NCBI GenBank assembly: GCA_965197475.1 | Contig: CBDANF010000003.1 | Coordinates: forward strand, 2,176,001-2,240,000 | DNA from: Candidatus Poribacteria bacterium | GTDB lineage: Bacteria; Poribacteria; WGA-4E; WGA-3G | Length of the DNA: 64,000 bases | Direction of reading: 5' to 3' | Part shown: positions 1-9,732 of the stretch, one piece after another | Position numbering within the stretch: position 1 is the stretch's first letter | Layout: each line of letters opens with the position of its first letter | The notes under the pieces: generated by a model | Database searches by the model: none | The model's input: only the letters and a program-made list of their open reading frames with translations | Told to the model about the DNA's origin: nothing | Program-made: the position numbers and the translations under genes

Positions 1-2
1 TT

Positions 3-1022
3 ATGTCAAAAACCTATCGCGTTGGCTTTGCTTCGTTAGTACATGACCATGTCTGGGGTGAACTGAACCGTTGGAAAGCACACCCAAACGTTGAAATCGT
101 CGCGGCAGGCGATGTCAACGCGGAATTACGCGACCAATTCAAATCAGAAACTGGTGTTGAAACCGTTTATAATTCTTGGCAAGAATTGCTGGAAAAAGAG
201 GAATTAGACATCATTCAAGCATGTGCAGAAAATAACGCGGGACCAGAAATAGTTGAAGCAGCAGCGGCGAAAGGTATTCACGTTGTTTCTGAAAAACCGA
301 TGGCAGCACGACTATCACAGGCTGATCAGATGCTTAATGCTGCACAAAACGCTGGCATCTACCTTATGATCAATTGGCCTACTGCGTGGAGTCCTGCGCT
401 GAATATCGCAATGGAACTTATCAAAGATGGCGCAATCGGTGATGTTTTCTATTTCAAATGGCGTTCAGCACATAATGGTCCAAAAGAAATCGGGTGTTCC
501 CGCTATTTCTACGAGTGGCTATACGATGAAGAGAAAAACGGCGCAGGTGCTTTGATGGATTACTGCTGTTATTGCGCCGATATGTGCGCTTATCTACTCG
601 GTTTACCTGAACAGGTAACAGCCTTCCGTGGCACGTTTGTCAAAAACTATCCACTTCCTGACGATAACGCCGTTATCCTGATGAAATACGGCAACGCATT
701 CGGTATCACCGAGGCATCGTGGACACAGAAAACAGGCTATGTCACACCAAATCCTGTAGTCTACGGCACCGAAGGAGCCTTAACGGTAACTGGTAATCAA
801 GTAAATTTGAGTCCCGCTGGCGGCGATGCCCAAGTCATAGACCCTGACCCACTTCCAGCAGGCAAGCGCAATGCGGCAGAATACTTCATCCACTGCTTGG
901 AAACAGGAGAACCGATAGAAGGTTTGTGTTGTCCCAAAATCAGTCGAGATGCGCAAGAAATCTTGGAGGCAGGTCTCGTTTCAGCAGATAGCGATCAGGT
1001 TGTCAACTTGCCGATGACGTAA
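3..1022 (+). CDS. Gfo/Idh/MocA family oxidoreductase
   Basis: N-terminal Rossmann-like start, SEKPM motif, GAGALMDY motif, typical C-terminal region. Confidence 0.9.
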   Translation: MSKTYRVGFASLVHDHVWGELNRWKAHPNVEIVAAGDVNAELRDQFKSETGVETVYNSWQELLEKEELDIIQACAENNAGPEIVEAAAAKGIHVVSEKPMAARLSQADQMLNAAQNAGIYLMINWPTAWSPALNIAMELIKDGAIGDVFYFKWRSAHNGPKEIGCSRYFYEWLYDEEKNGAGALMDYCCYCADMCAYLLGLPEQVTAFRGTFVKNYPLPDDNAVILMKYGNAFGITEASWTQKTGYVTPNPVVYGTEGALTVTGNQVNLSPAGGDAQVIDPDPLPAGKRNAAEYFIHCLETGEPIEGLCCPKISRDAQEILEAGLVSADSDQVVNLPMT

Positions 1023-1099
1023 GACTTCATAAACAGACGAATAATTTATATAATTTCTCTGGCTCTTTTCACAAACTAATTCAAACAAGGAGAACCTAA

Positions 1100-1858
1100 T
1101 TGAGCGAAAGAATACCGATAGCATTACAGTTATATTCCGTTAGAGGGGATTGTGCGCAAGACCTATCCCTCACACTTCAAGCAGTCGCACAGATGGGATA
1201 TGAAGGCGTTGAATTTGCTGGCTACCATGACCGAACTGCCGAAGAATTGCGGGGAATGTGTGATGACCTTGAATTAAAAGTTGTTGGAACACATACAGGT
1301 TTGAACACACTGCTCGGCGACGAGCTCGCTACGACAGTGGAATTCAATAAAATCCTTGGCAACCCCTATCTGATTGTTCCAGGATTGCCAGCAGAGTACA
1401 GTAATTCGCGGGAGGCGTGGCTGAGCACAGCAAAACTTTTCAATGAGATTGCAGAAAAAATCTCTGACCAAGGCATGTTCACCGGCTATCACAACCACAC
1501 TGGTGAATTTATGCCTATAGATGGAGAAGTTCCATGGGATACGTTTGGCAGTAACACTCGTGATGATGTCGTGCTGCAACTTGACACGGGACACGTACTC
1601 CGCGCAGGTGCCGACAATGTCTCATTTATCGAACGTTACCCAGGCAGATCGAAACTGGTACACATCAAAGAATACTCTGCCACGAACGACAAAGCAATCA
1701 TTGGAGAAGGTGATATACCTTGGGATGATGTGTTTCATGCCTGCGAAACCGTCGGCGGCACCGAGTGGTACATCGTTGAGCAAGAAAGTTATGCGTATCC
1801 ACCGCTTGAATGTGTCGAAAAATGCCTTGAAAATCTAAGAAAGATGGGGAAAATTTAG
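1100..1858 (+). CDS. Sugar phosphate isomerase/epimerase (xylose isomerase-like TIM barrel)
   Basis: LQLYSVR, GYEGVEFAG, YHNH, QLDTGH, VHIKE and WYIVEQE motifs; AGGAG RBS before TTG start. Confidence 0.9.
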   Translation: MSERIPIALQLYSVRGDCAQDLSLTLQAVAQMGYEGVEFAGYHDRTAEELRGMCDDLELKVVGTHTGLNTLLGDELATTVEFNKILGNPYLIVPGLPAEYSNSREAWLSTAKLFNEIAEKISDQGMFTGYHNHTGEFMPIDGEVPWDTFGSNTRDDVVLQLDTGHVLRAGADNVSFIERYPGRSKLVHIKEYSATNDKAIIGEGDIPWDDVFHACETVGGTEWYIVEQESYAYPPLECVEKCLENLRKMGKI

Positions 1859-1860
1859 GT

Positions 1861-2601
1861 TTGCGTGAACCCGATGCATCGCAACTGAAAGGTGGTGCCA
1901 ACGCCATTGAGACAGACCTCTTGCTCTGGTGGGAAGATTTCTACCTACCTGTCTTTGAGTACATCCTCCTCAAAATGGGGGCGTTGGAAGGAAAAAAGAT
2001 ACTTGAGTTAGGCACAGGCACAGGCGGCACTGCAACGTTGCTCGCAAAACAGGGAGCAACCGTTGTCGGAATTGACTTGTTGCTCTTTCGGATCGTTGAA
2101 GCAAAAGAGAGAGCAGCACTACACAAAGTCGCTGATGCAGTTGATTTTGCACTAATGGATGCCACCCAACTTGCATTTCCAGACAACACCTTTGACTTTA
2201 TCATCTCGAAATCTGTGCTGGTATTTACTGATCACGAGCAAACTGCTAAAGAGTGCTATCGTGTTCTCAAACCGGGCGGCAAGGCGATTTTCATCGAAAA
2301 TATGCGAAATCACCCCGCGGTGTGGCTCTATCGCAAACTGTTTCTAAAATATTCCCGCGAGTTGCATTATTTTTCTCTCACCGATATTGAGGCAATTGGC
2401 AAAAAATTCGAGGAGATGGAACACCGTGAATTCCATCTCCTCTCTTTAGCAGCACTGTTTTGGAAAAAAGGCATCCCTATCCCAACATTCTATCAAGGGA
2501 CACTTCAGTTTCTCAAATCAATCGATAGAAATCTTTTACGAATGTTCCCAATACTTAAACGTTTTTGTTGGATCACTGTGATGATTTGCCACAAACAATA
2601 A
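1861..2601 (+). CDS. Class I SAM-dependent methyltransferase
   Basis: ILELGTGTG motif I, FPDNTFDFI, YRVLKPGGK. Confidence 0.9.
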   Translation: MREPDASQLKGGANAIETDLLLWWEDFYLPVFEYILLKMGALEGKKILELGTGTGGTATLLAKQGATVVGIDLLLFRIVEAKERAALHKVADAVDFALMDATQLAFPDNTFDFIISKSVLVFTDHEQTAKECYRVLKPGGKAIFIENMRNHPAVWLYRKLFLKYSRELHYFSLTDIEAIGKKFEEMEHREFHLLSLAALFWKKGIPIPTFYQGTLQFLKSIDRNLLRMFPILKRFCWITVMICHKQ

Positions 2602-2620
2602 AAAACCTATCTCATACTAC

Positions 2621-3340
2621 TTCTAAGTGATTATATTGCATTAATTCGTAGGTTAGGTAGAGCTTGCGAAACACAACACTTTTCCTGCGTGGTTTGATGG
2701 ATATGGTGCTACAAAGTTGGGTTTCACTGCCGCCTTGTTGGAAAATGATACGTATAGTTTTGAGGTATGTTTGAGTATTTACCCATCTTTCTCTGTTCCG
2801 TTCTACCCAACCTACAAACTAATACCATTTCTAAGTGATTATATTGCATTAATTCGTCCGTTGGGTAGAGTTTGCGAAACACATTATAGCCATCAATTTA
2901 AGGATTTTCCGAATATGAGAAACCCTCTTTAGTCTCGTAGGGACGATGTGTTTATAGAAAACGTGGTAACCAATTTCTTGAGCCCCGTAGGGGTGGTATG
3001 TTTATAGCGATGGGTTACCAATCGGGATATGCCGCTCCTACGGAGCTCAAGAGATGTGCCTAAACGAGGCCCTATAAACATATCGTTCCTACGGGACTGA
3101 ATATAATACCAAATTAACTTGATTCAACTTGTAGGCGCGCTTTGTAAGCGCGCTGTCTGCCCAGAAAAATGAGATAAATCTCGTTAATTTGGTATAAGAC
3201 AGTTTCAATCCTCATGCATATTGAGAAGTGTTCATAAAAACAGAGTCGTTTCTTAAGTTGACACATAAGGGTAGAACGCAGCGAAACACAACAAAAGTGT
3301 GACAGAGTTGGGTTTCGCAAACTCTACCTAACCTACAGGC
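2621..3340. repeat. Cluster of GTAG-type REP-like palindromes (BIME-like) between convergent genes
   Basis: 29-bp direct repeat at 2621-2649 and 2829-2857; GTAGGTTAGGTAGAGCTTGCGAAACACAAC at 2648 with a near-identical inverted copy ending at about 3336; nested inverted repeats at 2931-3098. Confidence 0.75.
3105..3196. mobile_element. MITE-like element, copy 1 (TIR ATACCAAATTAAC / GTTAATTTGGTAT)
   Basis: 13-bp perfect terminal inverted repeats; related copies at about 32502 and 39405. Confidence 0.75.
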
Positions 3341-3384
3341 TACTATGACAATTTGTCAATTAGATATAATATAATAAGCATCAG

Positions 3385-4533
3385 TCAATCTCTCTGATAA
3401 ACCATTTGTCCCGCCAGAATCGTCGCTATCAACTCTATTCCACAAGTTGCATCATTCCATTCAAATAATATTAGGCTTGGTTGATTATTTTCAACGACTC
3501 TACCAATATCTTCTATACCGAGCAGCCGGGAGGGTTGTAGTGTAGCGAGTGAAACAGCTTCTTTAAGAGAGATTCCTGCAAACCGCACAATGTTTTCAAC
3601 ACCTCGCGCCAACACAATGGCAGAACCAGCGAGATACTCAGTACCAGCTAAACGGATACACCTATCCGCAGTCAATTCCACCGGTTGTCCAGCGAACTGA
3701 TAAGTCCCAGGAGGCATTCCTGCTAATGCCGTAGCATCGCTGATGAGGATACACCTATCCAGCGTTTTTGCACGCATCATTGACTTGACAACAGCAGGCG
3801 GAAGGTGATGTCCATCAACGATGAGACTTGCCCAGAGTTCATCAGCACCGAGCTGTTCCCAAATATAGTTCGGGTGTCGCCGAATCATGGCGTGTGCACC
3901 ATTGCCGAGGTGTGTAGATAGTTTCGCACCTACGCTAATTGCCGCGCGGATATCTTCCGCAGACGCGTTCGTATGCCCTAATGCCACAACGATGTCATTC
4001 GCAACTAATTTTTCTATAAACGGAATAGCACCTTTTTTCTCAGGGGCAAGTGTTACAATACGGATCATGCCTTCAGCAATGTCCTGCCACCGCTGAAACT
4101 CGTCTAAATCCGGTTCCCTGACGTGTTTTAACGGATGCGCTCCGCGCGGTCCATCTACTGCAGAAATATAGGGTCCCTCAAGATGAATGCCAAGTATTGA
4201 GTGAGCAACCATTTGGTCTGCTTTACACGCTTTTACAACTGCGCGGAGGGAATTACGGATGCTGTCAAAGGATGCTGTCACTACCGTCGGACATAAAAAA
4301 CTGGTGCCCGCACGCCAGAGTGCGCGAACCATCTTACACACATCCGCTGCCGTGACGGTGGCAACATTGAGATCATATCCCGCAAAACCGTTCACTTGGA
4401 TATCAACCAAGGCAGGTGCAATCCACGTTTTGCTGTCAATAGATTCTACCTCTTGGATTGACTGAACGCGATTGTTCGCGAGGGTAATTTCAATAGGTCT
4501 GTGATCAAAAATAGTACGTCCACTAAATTTCAT
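3385..4533 (-). CDS. nagA: N-acetylglucosamine-6-phosphate deacetylase family amidohydrolase
   Basis: PALVDIQVNG, GIHLEGPYI, RGAHP, VTLAPE, ALGHT, THLGN, DGHH and LAGS motifs; ATG at 4533 preferred over TTG at 4554. Confidence 0.85.
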   Translation of the reverse strand: MKFSGRTIFDHRPIEITLANNRVQSIQEVESIDSKTWIAPALVDIQVNGFAGYDLNVATVTAADVCKMVRALWRAGTSFLCPTVVTASFDSIRNSLRAVVKACKADQMVAHSILGIHLEGPYISAVDGPRGAHPLKHVREPDLDEFQRWQDIAEGMIRIVTLAPEKKGAIPFIEKLVANDIVVALGHTNASAEDIRAAISVGAKLSTHLGNGAHAMIRRHPNYIWEQLGADELWASLIVDGHHLPPAVVKSMMRAKTLDRCILISDATALAGMPPGTYQFAGQPVELTADRCIRLAGTEYLAGSAIVLARGVENIVRFAGISLKEAVSLATLQPSRLLGIEDIGRVVENNQPSLILFEWNDATCGIELIATILAGQMVYQRD

Positions 4534-4739
4534 TTTTCGTTGGTAGCTTGGCAATAGGGTATCAATTGTTATTGCATTTATGAGATGATACCCAAAAAAT
4601 GGATTTGTCGCAAGAAAAAGGTTGCATTTTTAGTCAAATTCGGCTAATGTATGTTAAACCTTGGATGAATCATGAACGGTATATGGGCAACATGCAATTC
4701 TGCTCTTGCGCCTGAATATGTGAAAAAGTGGAGGCATAA

Positions 4740-5519
4740 ATGGAATACTTAACTTATGGAAAAACAGGTTTGGAAATCTCACGTCTCTGCTTCGGTGCAG
4801 GACATCTTGGTAAGACCTACGACAATGAAACCGGTGGTAAACTGATGCTGCAGGCATTTGATGAAGGAATAACTTTCTGGGATACTGCGGAGGGATATGG
4901 AACCCAACCGCACCTCGGAGAAGCAGTCCGTCAAATTAACCGAGAAGAGGTTGTCATTCAGACGAAAACCGCTGTAAAGGATCACGAAAGTGCGTCCGCC
5001 AGTATTCAGAAAGCATTGCGAGAATTGCAGACTGAGTACATAGATGTCATGTTGTTGCACGCAATCTCTTCACCTGATGATTTAGCGACGCGCGAACGTG
5101 AAGGCGCGTTTGATGCGTTCCGAGAAGCAAAAATCGCTGGCAAAATCCGAGTCATCGGATGTTCCACCCATTTCTACACGGGTCCTGTGATGGATGCTGT
5201 CATTGACCATCCTGAGATTGATGTTATCCTCACAACGGCGAACAAGGAAGGCAGAATGTTGGAAGGTGGAACGTTTGAAAAACATCTGGAATATATTCAA
5301 CGTGCTTATGGCCTCGGTAAAGGCATTAGTATTATGAAAGTTGTCGTAGCGGGAGATATTCCGGAGGCAGACATGCCCGAATGGATTGAGTGGGGTTTCA
5401 ACCTTGAAACAGCACACGCGATTAACCTTGGCATGACTGAATATAGACATATCACGCTCAATGTTGGATTGGCACGGGCAAGCGCGCGGAAACGTCTCGT
5501 CCAACGCAAGGCGGCATAA
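4740..5519 (+). CDS. Aldo/keto reductase
   Basis: GKTGLEISRLCFG, GITFWDTAEGYG, IQTK, YIDVMLLH, GKIRVIGCSTH. Confidence 0.9.
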   Translation: MEYLTYGKTGLEISRLCFGAGHLGKTYDNETGGKLMLQAFDEGITFWDTAEGYGTQPHLGEAVRQINREEVVIQTKTAVKDHESASASIQKALRELQTEYIDVMLLHAISSPDDLATREREGAFDAFREAKIAGKIRVIGCSTHFYTGPVMDAVIDHPEIDVILTTANKEGRMLEGGTFEKHLEYIQRAYGLGKGISIMKVVVAGDIPEADMPEWIEWGFNLETAHAINLGMTEYRHITLNVGLARASARKRLVQRKAA

Positions 5520-5543
5520 TACACCTATCCGAGGAGACTTCGG

Positions 5544-6617
5544 ATGTCAAAAACGATGCGCGCTATAATGTGTCGTGCACCGCAAGATTATCAACTTGAA
5601 GAAGTCCCGATACCGCAAGCTGGTCCTGGCGAAGTCGTCATTAAGGTAAATGCGTGCGGTGTTTGCGCAAGCGACATCAAATGCTACACAGGCGCACCAC
5701 TTTTCTGGGGTGATGAAAACCGCAAGCCTTATGTAGAAGCACCCGTCATCGCTGGACATGAATTTATTGGAGAAGTGGTTCAACTCGGTGAAGGGGCAGG
5801 TAAAAAGTACGGGCTTCAACTCGGAGATATAGCTATCGCCGAACAGATTGTCCCGTGTTGGGATTGTCGGTACTGCCGAACTGGAAAGTATTGGCTCTGT
5901 CAAGTTCACAACATTTACGGATTTCAACAGGTTGTCAACGGCGGCATGGCGGAGTATATGAAATTCCCCGCACGCTCGCTTGTCTACAAGGTGCCATCTG
6001 ACATTCCCACAGCAAGTGCAGCGATGATTGAACCACTTGCCTGCTCAATTCATGCTGTCCAAAGAGGAAACATTGAGTTCGGCGATGTTGTCGTAGTTGC
6101 AGGCGCGGGCCCACTCGGTCTCGGCATGATAGGCGCGGCAAAGTTGAAAAACCCCGCGACACTCATTGCCATTGACCTCATCCCTAAACGGTTAGATGTA
6201 GCCAAGAAATTAGGAGCAGATATCGCCATCAATCTATCGGAAACGGATGCAGTTCAACAGGTGTTGGACTTAACTGATGGCTACGGGTGTGATGTCTACA
6301 TTGAGGCAACGGGACACCCGAAGGCAGTAGAACAAGGACTTCACATGATTCGGAAGGCAGGCACTTTTGTTGAATTCAGCGTCATGCGGGAGCCAGTAAC
6401 CGTAGATTGGACAATCATAGGCGACACGAAAGAGTTGAATATCCACGGTTCACATTTAGGTCCCTACGCGTATCCGCTCGCTATTGATTATATTCACAAA
6501 GGTGCAATTGATGTGAACCTTATAGTTACGAATCAACTACCGCTGGAAGACTATCTAACTGCATTTGAGATGGTGCAAAAAGGATCTGATTCCATTAAGG
6601 TACAGTTGGTACCGTAA
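5544..6617 (+). CDS. Zn-dependent polyol dehydrogenase (erythritol/L-threitol dehydrogenase-like)
   Basis: CGVCASD, GHEF, CxxCxxCx7C structural Zn site, GAGPLG; the PLFWGDENR insert recalls EltD-type enzymes. Confidence 0.85.
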   Translation: MSKTMRAIMCRAPQDYQLEEVPIPQAGPGEVVIKVNACGVCASDIKCYTGAPLFWGDENRKPYVEAPVIAGHEFIGEVVQLGEGAGKKYGLQLGDIAIAEQIVPCWDCRYCRTGKYWLCQVHNIYGFQQVVNGGMAEYMKFPARSLVYKVPSDIPTASAAMIEPLACSIHAVQRGNIEFGDVVVVAGAGPLGLGMIGAAKLKNPATLIAIDLIPKRLDVAKKLGADIAINLSETDAVQQVLDLTDGYGCDVYIEATGHPKAVEQGLHMIRKAGTFVEFSVMREPVTVDWTIIGDTKELNIHGSHLGPYAYPLAIDYIHKGAIDVNLIVTNQLPLEDYLTAFEMVQKGSDSIKVQLVP

Positions 6618-6644
6618 GCGTTCATATTACATACTGAAAACAAC

Positions 6645-6674
6645 TTGCCTCATTTCTTTTTTCTATGGTATAAT
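6645..6674 (+). promoter_or_regulatory. sigma70-type promoter with extended -10
   Basis: TTGCCT-18 nt-TATAAT with TGn before the -10; near-duplicate at 7341-7370. Confidence 0.55.
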
Positions 6675-6780
6675 AAATTAAGTAGAAACAGCATAACGTA
6701 TTTTAAATTTGCGCGAATGTTTAATGTAGTCGTAAGTTGGGTTAAGAGATAAAAATCAATTTTCAAGGAACGAAGATATT

Positions 6781-6969
6781 ATGGGAGAAAAGGATAAAAA
6801 ACGAGACCCAATGCCTTCTCCTGATGCTACACCAGAGGAAATTGGCGAATTTTGGGACACACATAGCCTTGCCGATTTTTGGGACGAAACCCACGAAGTG
6901 GAATTTAAGGTTAATCTCAAATCAGGGCAGAAGCATATTCAAAATGACACAAAAAGTAAGACGTGTTAA
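6781..6969 (+). CDS. Short CopG-type antitoxin-like protein, probably a truncated N-terminal fragment
   Basis: PEEIGEFWDTHSLADFWDE motif typical of that antitoxin family; no toxin gene adjacent. Confidence 0.55.
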   Translation: MGEKDKKRDPMPSPDATPEEIGEFWDTHSLADFWDETHEVEFKVNLKSGQKHIQNDTKSKTC

Positions 6970-6975
6970 ACGGTC

Positions 6976-7094
6976 AGGGCTTACGCAAATTTGAAATACA
7001 TAACAAAATTGAGTATATTTTGCTAAAGAACGCACAATGAATTGTACTACTATAGACGCTACAACGCTTGAAAAAAGTAGATTGCGTAAGTCCT
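6976..7094. mobile_element. MITE-like element (TIR AGGRCTTACGCAA)
   Basis: AGGGCTTACGCAA ... TTGCGTAAGTCCT, 12/13 inverted match; related element at 15786-15870. Confidence 0.6.
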
Positions 7095-7340
7095 AATGGT
7101 AATAAAGTCGTAGTGAATCAACAACTAAATCCTTTTACCAAACTGATGTTGGTATAAACTACGGCAGCACAATTTAACATATTCGCTGAAAACCGTAAAA
7201 TTTCAGAGTCGCATTTTTCCTAAAATTCCGATAAACCCACGTACAGACTAATCGGATAGGTATTTTTCGCTAACTGTTTTTTAGCATTTTACTCTGAAAA
7301 CTCTGAAACTTGGTAAAACGACTCTACAAACTAAAACAAC

Positions 7341-7378
7341 TTGCCCGATACCGCTTCTCTATGGTATAATGGTATAAT
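7341..7378 (+). promoter_or_regulatory. sigma70-type promoter with duplicated -10
   Basis: TTGCCC-18 nt-TATAAT-GG-TATAAT. Confidence 0.55.
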
Positions 7379-7467
7379 AAAATCCGAACAACGCGGAAAA
7401 ACATAACGATTTTGAGATTGTTTGGTCCTTTTAGAATTAATCTGGAGTTATGTTGCCCTGAGAGAAT

Positions 7468-8352
7468 ATGCTATTAGATGTCAAGAAACCGAAAGCATCT
7501 CGAATCGCGCTAATTGAAAGCGATACCCCAGAAGCATTTCAACAACTGCTTCAAGATTACTGGACCTGGCACTATAACGATTCACTCTGTGATGCTGTCA
7601 AACTGCTATTAAGTATAGAATTAGGATGGGAAAAAGTCCCACAACTCACAACACCACCAATAGGTGAGGTCATTTCTCCTCTGGGATATGCGCTTGCACA
7701 CAAGGCAACGGAGGTGCACGATGCGGCCCTTCAAGTATTAGATGCAACCGTGTGTGTTCCTATGGGAACTGCACTTATCGGTGAAGAATGTGCATCACTG
7801 AATATTGGCGAATTTGAAATCGGTGTCTATCCCGTTTCTAACGCGCAATACCTTCGGTTCGTTCAGGAAACTGGATATGAACCTCCAAAAGACTGGACGG
7901 ACAGTCCTCAGCTAAGTTATAATGTTTACGCACTAAAAGGTGACCATCCTGTCGTTTGGGTTAGCTGCGAAGATGTAGAAGCGTATGCCAATTATGCAGG
8001 AGGTAGATTACCAACATTTCCAGAGTGGCAATACACAGCGCGCGGCACCGATGATAGACTTTTTCCGTGGGGGTATGAAATAGATAAACCACGGTGCAAC
8101 ACTGCAGAACTTGGTGCTGAAGGCACTACACCGGTCGGAGCGTTCAAAGATGGGATAAGTCCTTTCGGGTGCTACGATATGATTGGTAATGTTTGGGAAT
8201 GGACTGACACACCCTATGACGACAAAGAAGCTTTCCGTGTGGCTTGTGGTGGAGCATGGTACTACAATCACGACTATAGCACCTGTACCAGTTTCGATTT
8301 TTTTAGTACTAACTATGCAGAGTTTGTGATAGGATTTCGCATTGCTCGTTGA
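7468..8352 (+). CDS. Formylglycine-generating enzyme (FGE-sulfatase/SUMF1) domain protein
   Basis: YPVSNAQY, HPVVWVS, RLPTFPEW, FPWG, DMIGNVWEW, IGFR. Confidence 0.9.
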   Translation: MLLDVKKPKASRIALIESDTPEAFQQLLQDYWTWHYNDSLCDAVKLLLSIELGWEKVPQLTTPPIGEVISPLGYALAHKATEVHDAALQVLDATVCVPMGTALIGEECASLNIGEFEIGVYPVSNAQYLRFVQETGYEPPKDWTDSPQLSYNVYALKGDHPVVWVSCEDVEAYANYAGGRLPTFPEWQYTARGTDDRLFPWGYEIDKPRCNTAELGAEGTTPVGAFKDGISPFGCYDMIGNVWEWTDTPYDDKEAFRVACGGAWYYNHDYSTCTSFDFFSTNYAEFVIGFRIAR

Positions 8353-8465
8353 TACCGCATTAACCGCGATCGAGCGAAAATCTCTATTTTTTGCCACTTT
8401 TTCAGGACAAAGGTGTTAAGTACAAACAATCGATTTTTCTGCAATTGGGCAAATGGAGTTAACGG

Positions 8466-9074
8466 ATGAAAGACATTAAAACCAATGAAGAACAGGCAAC
8501 TACTAAAGACGAGTCCGAAAGCTCTGCCCTCAAGCCTGATGATTCAGTTATTTCATCAGAAAAATTACAAAATCAGTTTATTCAGCGCGGACGTTTGGAT
8601 ATTCATCATCATCAAGCCGCTGCCAAACATTTAAAACAGGGGGCGGATGCCTTAAACGCTCGGAACTATCAAAAAGCAATTGAAGAATTTCTACTGGTAA
8701 TTCAACATAATCGTGAATCCGCTGAAGCACACTTTCACCTCGGTTTGGCTTATTTTATGTTAGAGGACTATGAAAAGGCAATAGATGCTTACAAAATGGC
8801 GATTGCTTGTGAACCGAGCGAAGTTGCAGTTTATACCAATCTTGCTGCGACCTATCGTTTGCTAAGACGTTATGATGAGGCTATTGACGTTTACGAACGC
8901 GCCATCCGGTTTATTCCGAATAACCCTGAATTACATTCGGAACTCGGAGCAGTTTACTCTCTTCGAGGTAAACGCAGTGAAGCCGTCGGTGCCTTTAAAA
9001 CGGCAATGCGTCTGAAGTTAAAGTCTTCTAAAGAGTTTCGCCCAACAGAAACAGAAAACACTGAGGAAGAATAG
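8466..9074 (+). CDS. Tetratricopeptide repeat protein
   Basis: About four TPR units (AHFHLGLAY, VYTNLAATY, LHSELGAVY). Confidence 0.9.
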   Translation: MKDIKTNEEQATTKDESESSALKPDDSVISSEKLQNQFIQRGRLDIHHHQAAAKHLKQGADALNARNYQKAIEEFLLVIQHNRESAEAHFHLGLAYFMLEDYEKAIDAYKMAIACEPSEVAVYTNLAATYRLLRRYDEAIDVYERAIRFIPNNPELHSELGAVYSLRGKRSEAVGAFKTAMRLKLKSSKEFRPTETENTEEE

Positions 9075-9132
9075 AACAAGCCAATCACTTGAGTTGTCAT
9101 CTTACTTTTACCTGACCAAACAGGAGAACACC

Positions 9133-9732
9133 ATGATAGTTTCAGATGAAGATTTGATGATGGAATGTCGCAAAGGGGACATGAGTGCGTTTGAGCTACT
9201 TGTCAGAAGGTATCAGGATGCACTCGTTAACTATATCCACTACACTATCAACGATTATCATCGTGCCGAAGATCTGGCGCAGGAAACGTTTCTACGTGTT
9301 TTCAAGAACGCGAGTCGTTATGAACCGAAAGCCTCCTTTAAAAGTTGGCTTTATACAATCGCAACCAATTTGTCTCGAAACGAAATCCGGAATCGTGCGC
9401 GTCGAAAAACCTATTTTCTGGAAGACATGGTTGAAGAAAATGAAGATGTCTACCACTCCGAATTTATGATAGATACCCGTTTCCAACCGGATATCCTTTA
9501 CGAAAAGAAAGAACGACAGCAACTCATTAAGAAAGCTCTGAAGCAGCTTCCTGAAAATCAACGTTTAGCATTAACACTCGTAACATATCAAGAACTAAGT
9601 TATGAAGAAATCTCAGGGATTCTGAATTGTTCAGTTGGAGCGGTGAAATCGCTAATTCATCGAGCACGTCAAAACATGAAAAAACTGCTTATTAAGGCCG
9701 GAATAGGAGGCGGTGTCAATGCCAAAATATAA
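9133..9732 (+). CDS. ECF sigma factor (sigma-70 family, RpoE-like)
   Basis: AFELLVRRY, AEDLAQETF, FKSWLYTIA, LSYEEIS, VKSLIHRAR; AGGAG RBS before ATG at 9133. Confidence 0.92.
   Translation: MIVSDEDLMMECRKGDMSAFELLVRRYQDALVNYIHYTINDYHRAEDLAQETFLRVFKNASRYEPKASFKSWLYTIATNLSRNEIRNRARRKTYFLEDMVEENEDVYHSEFMIDTRFQPDILYEKKERQQLIKKALKQLPENQRLALTLVTYQELSYEEISGILNCSVGAVKSLIHRARQNMKKLLIKAGIGGGVNAKI

Noticed and set aside
2717-3320. Short ORFs 2717-2932 and 3114-3320
   Set aside because: They run through REP/MITE repeats and show no RBS or protein-like features.
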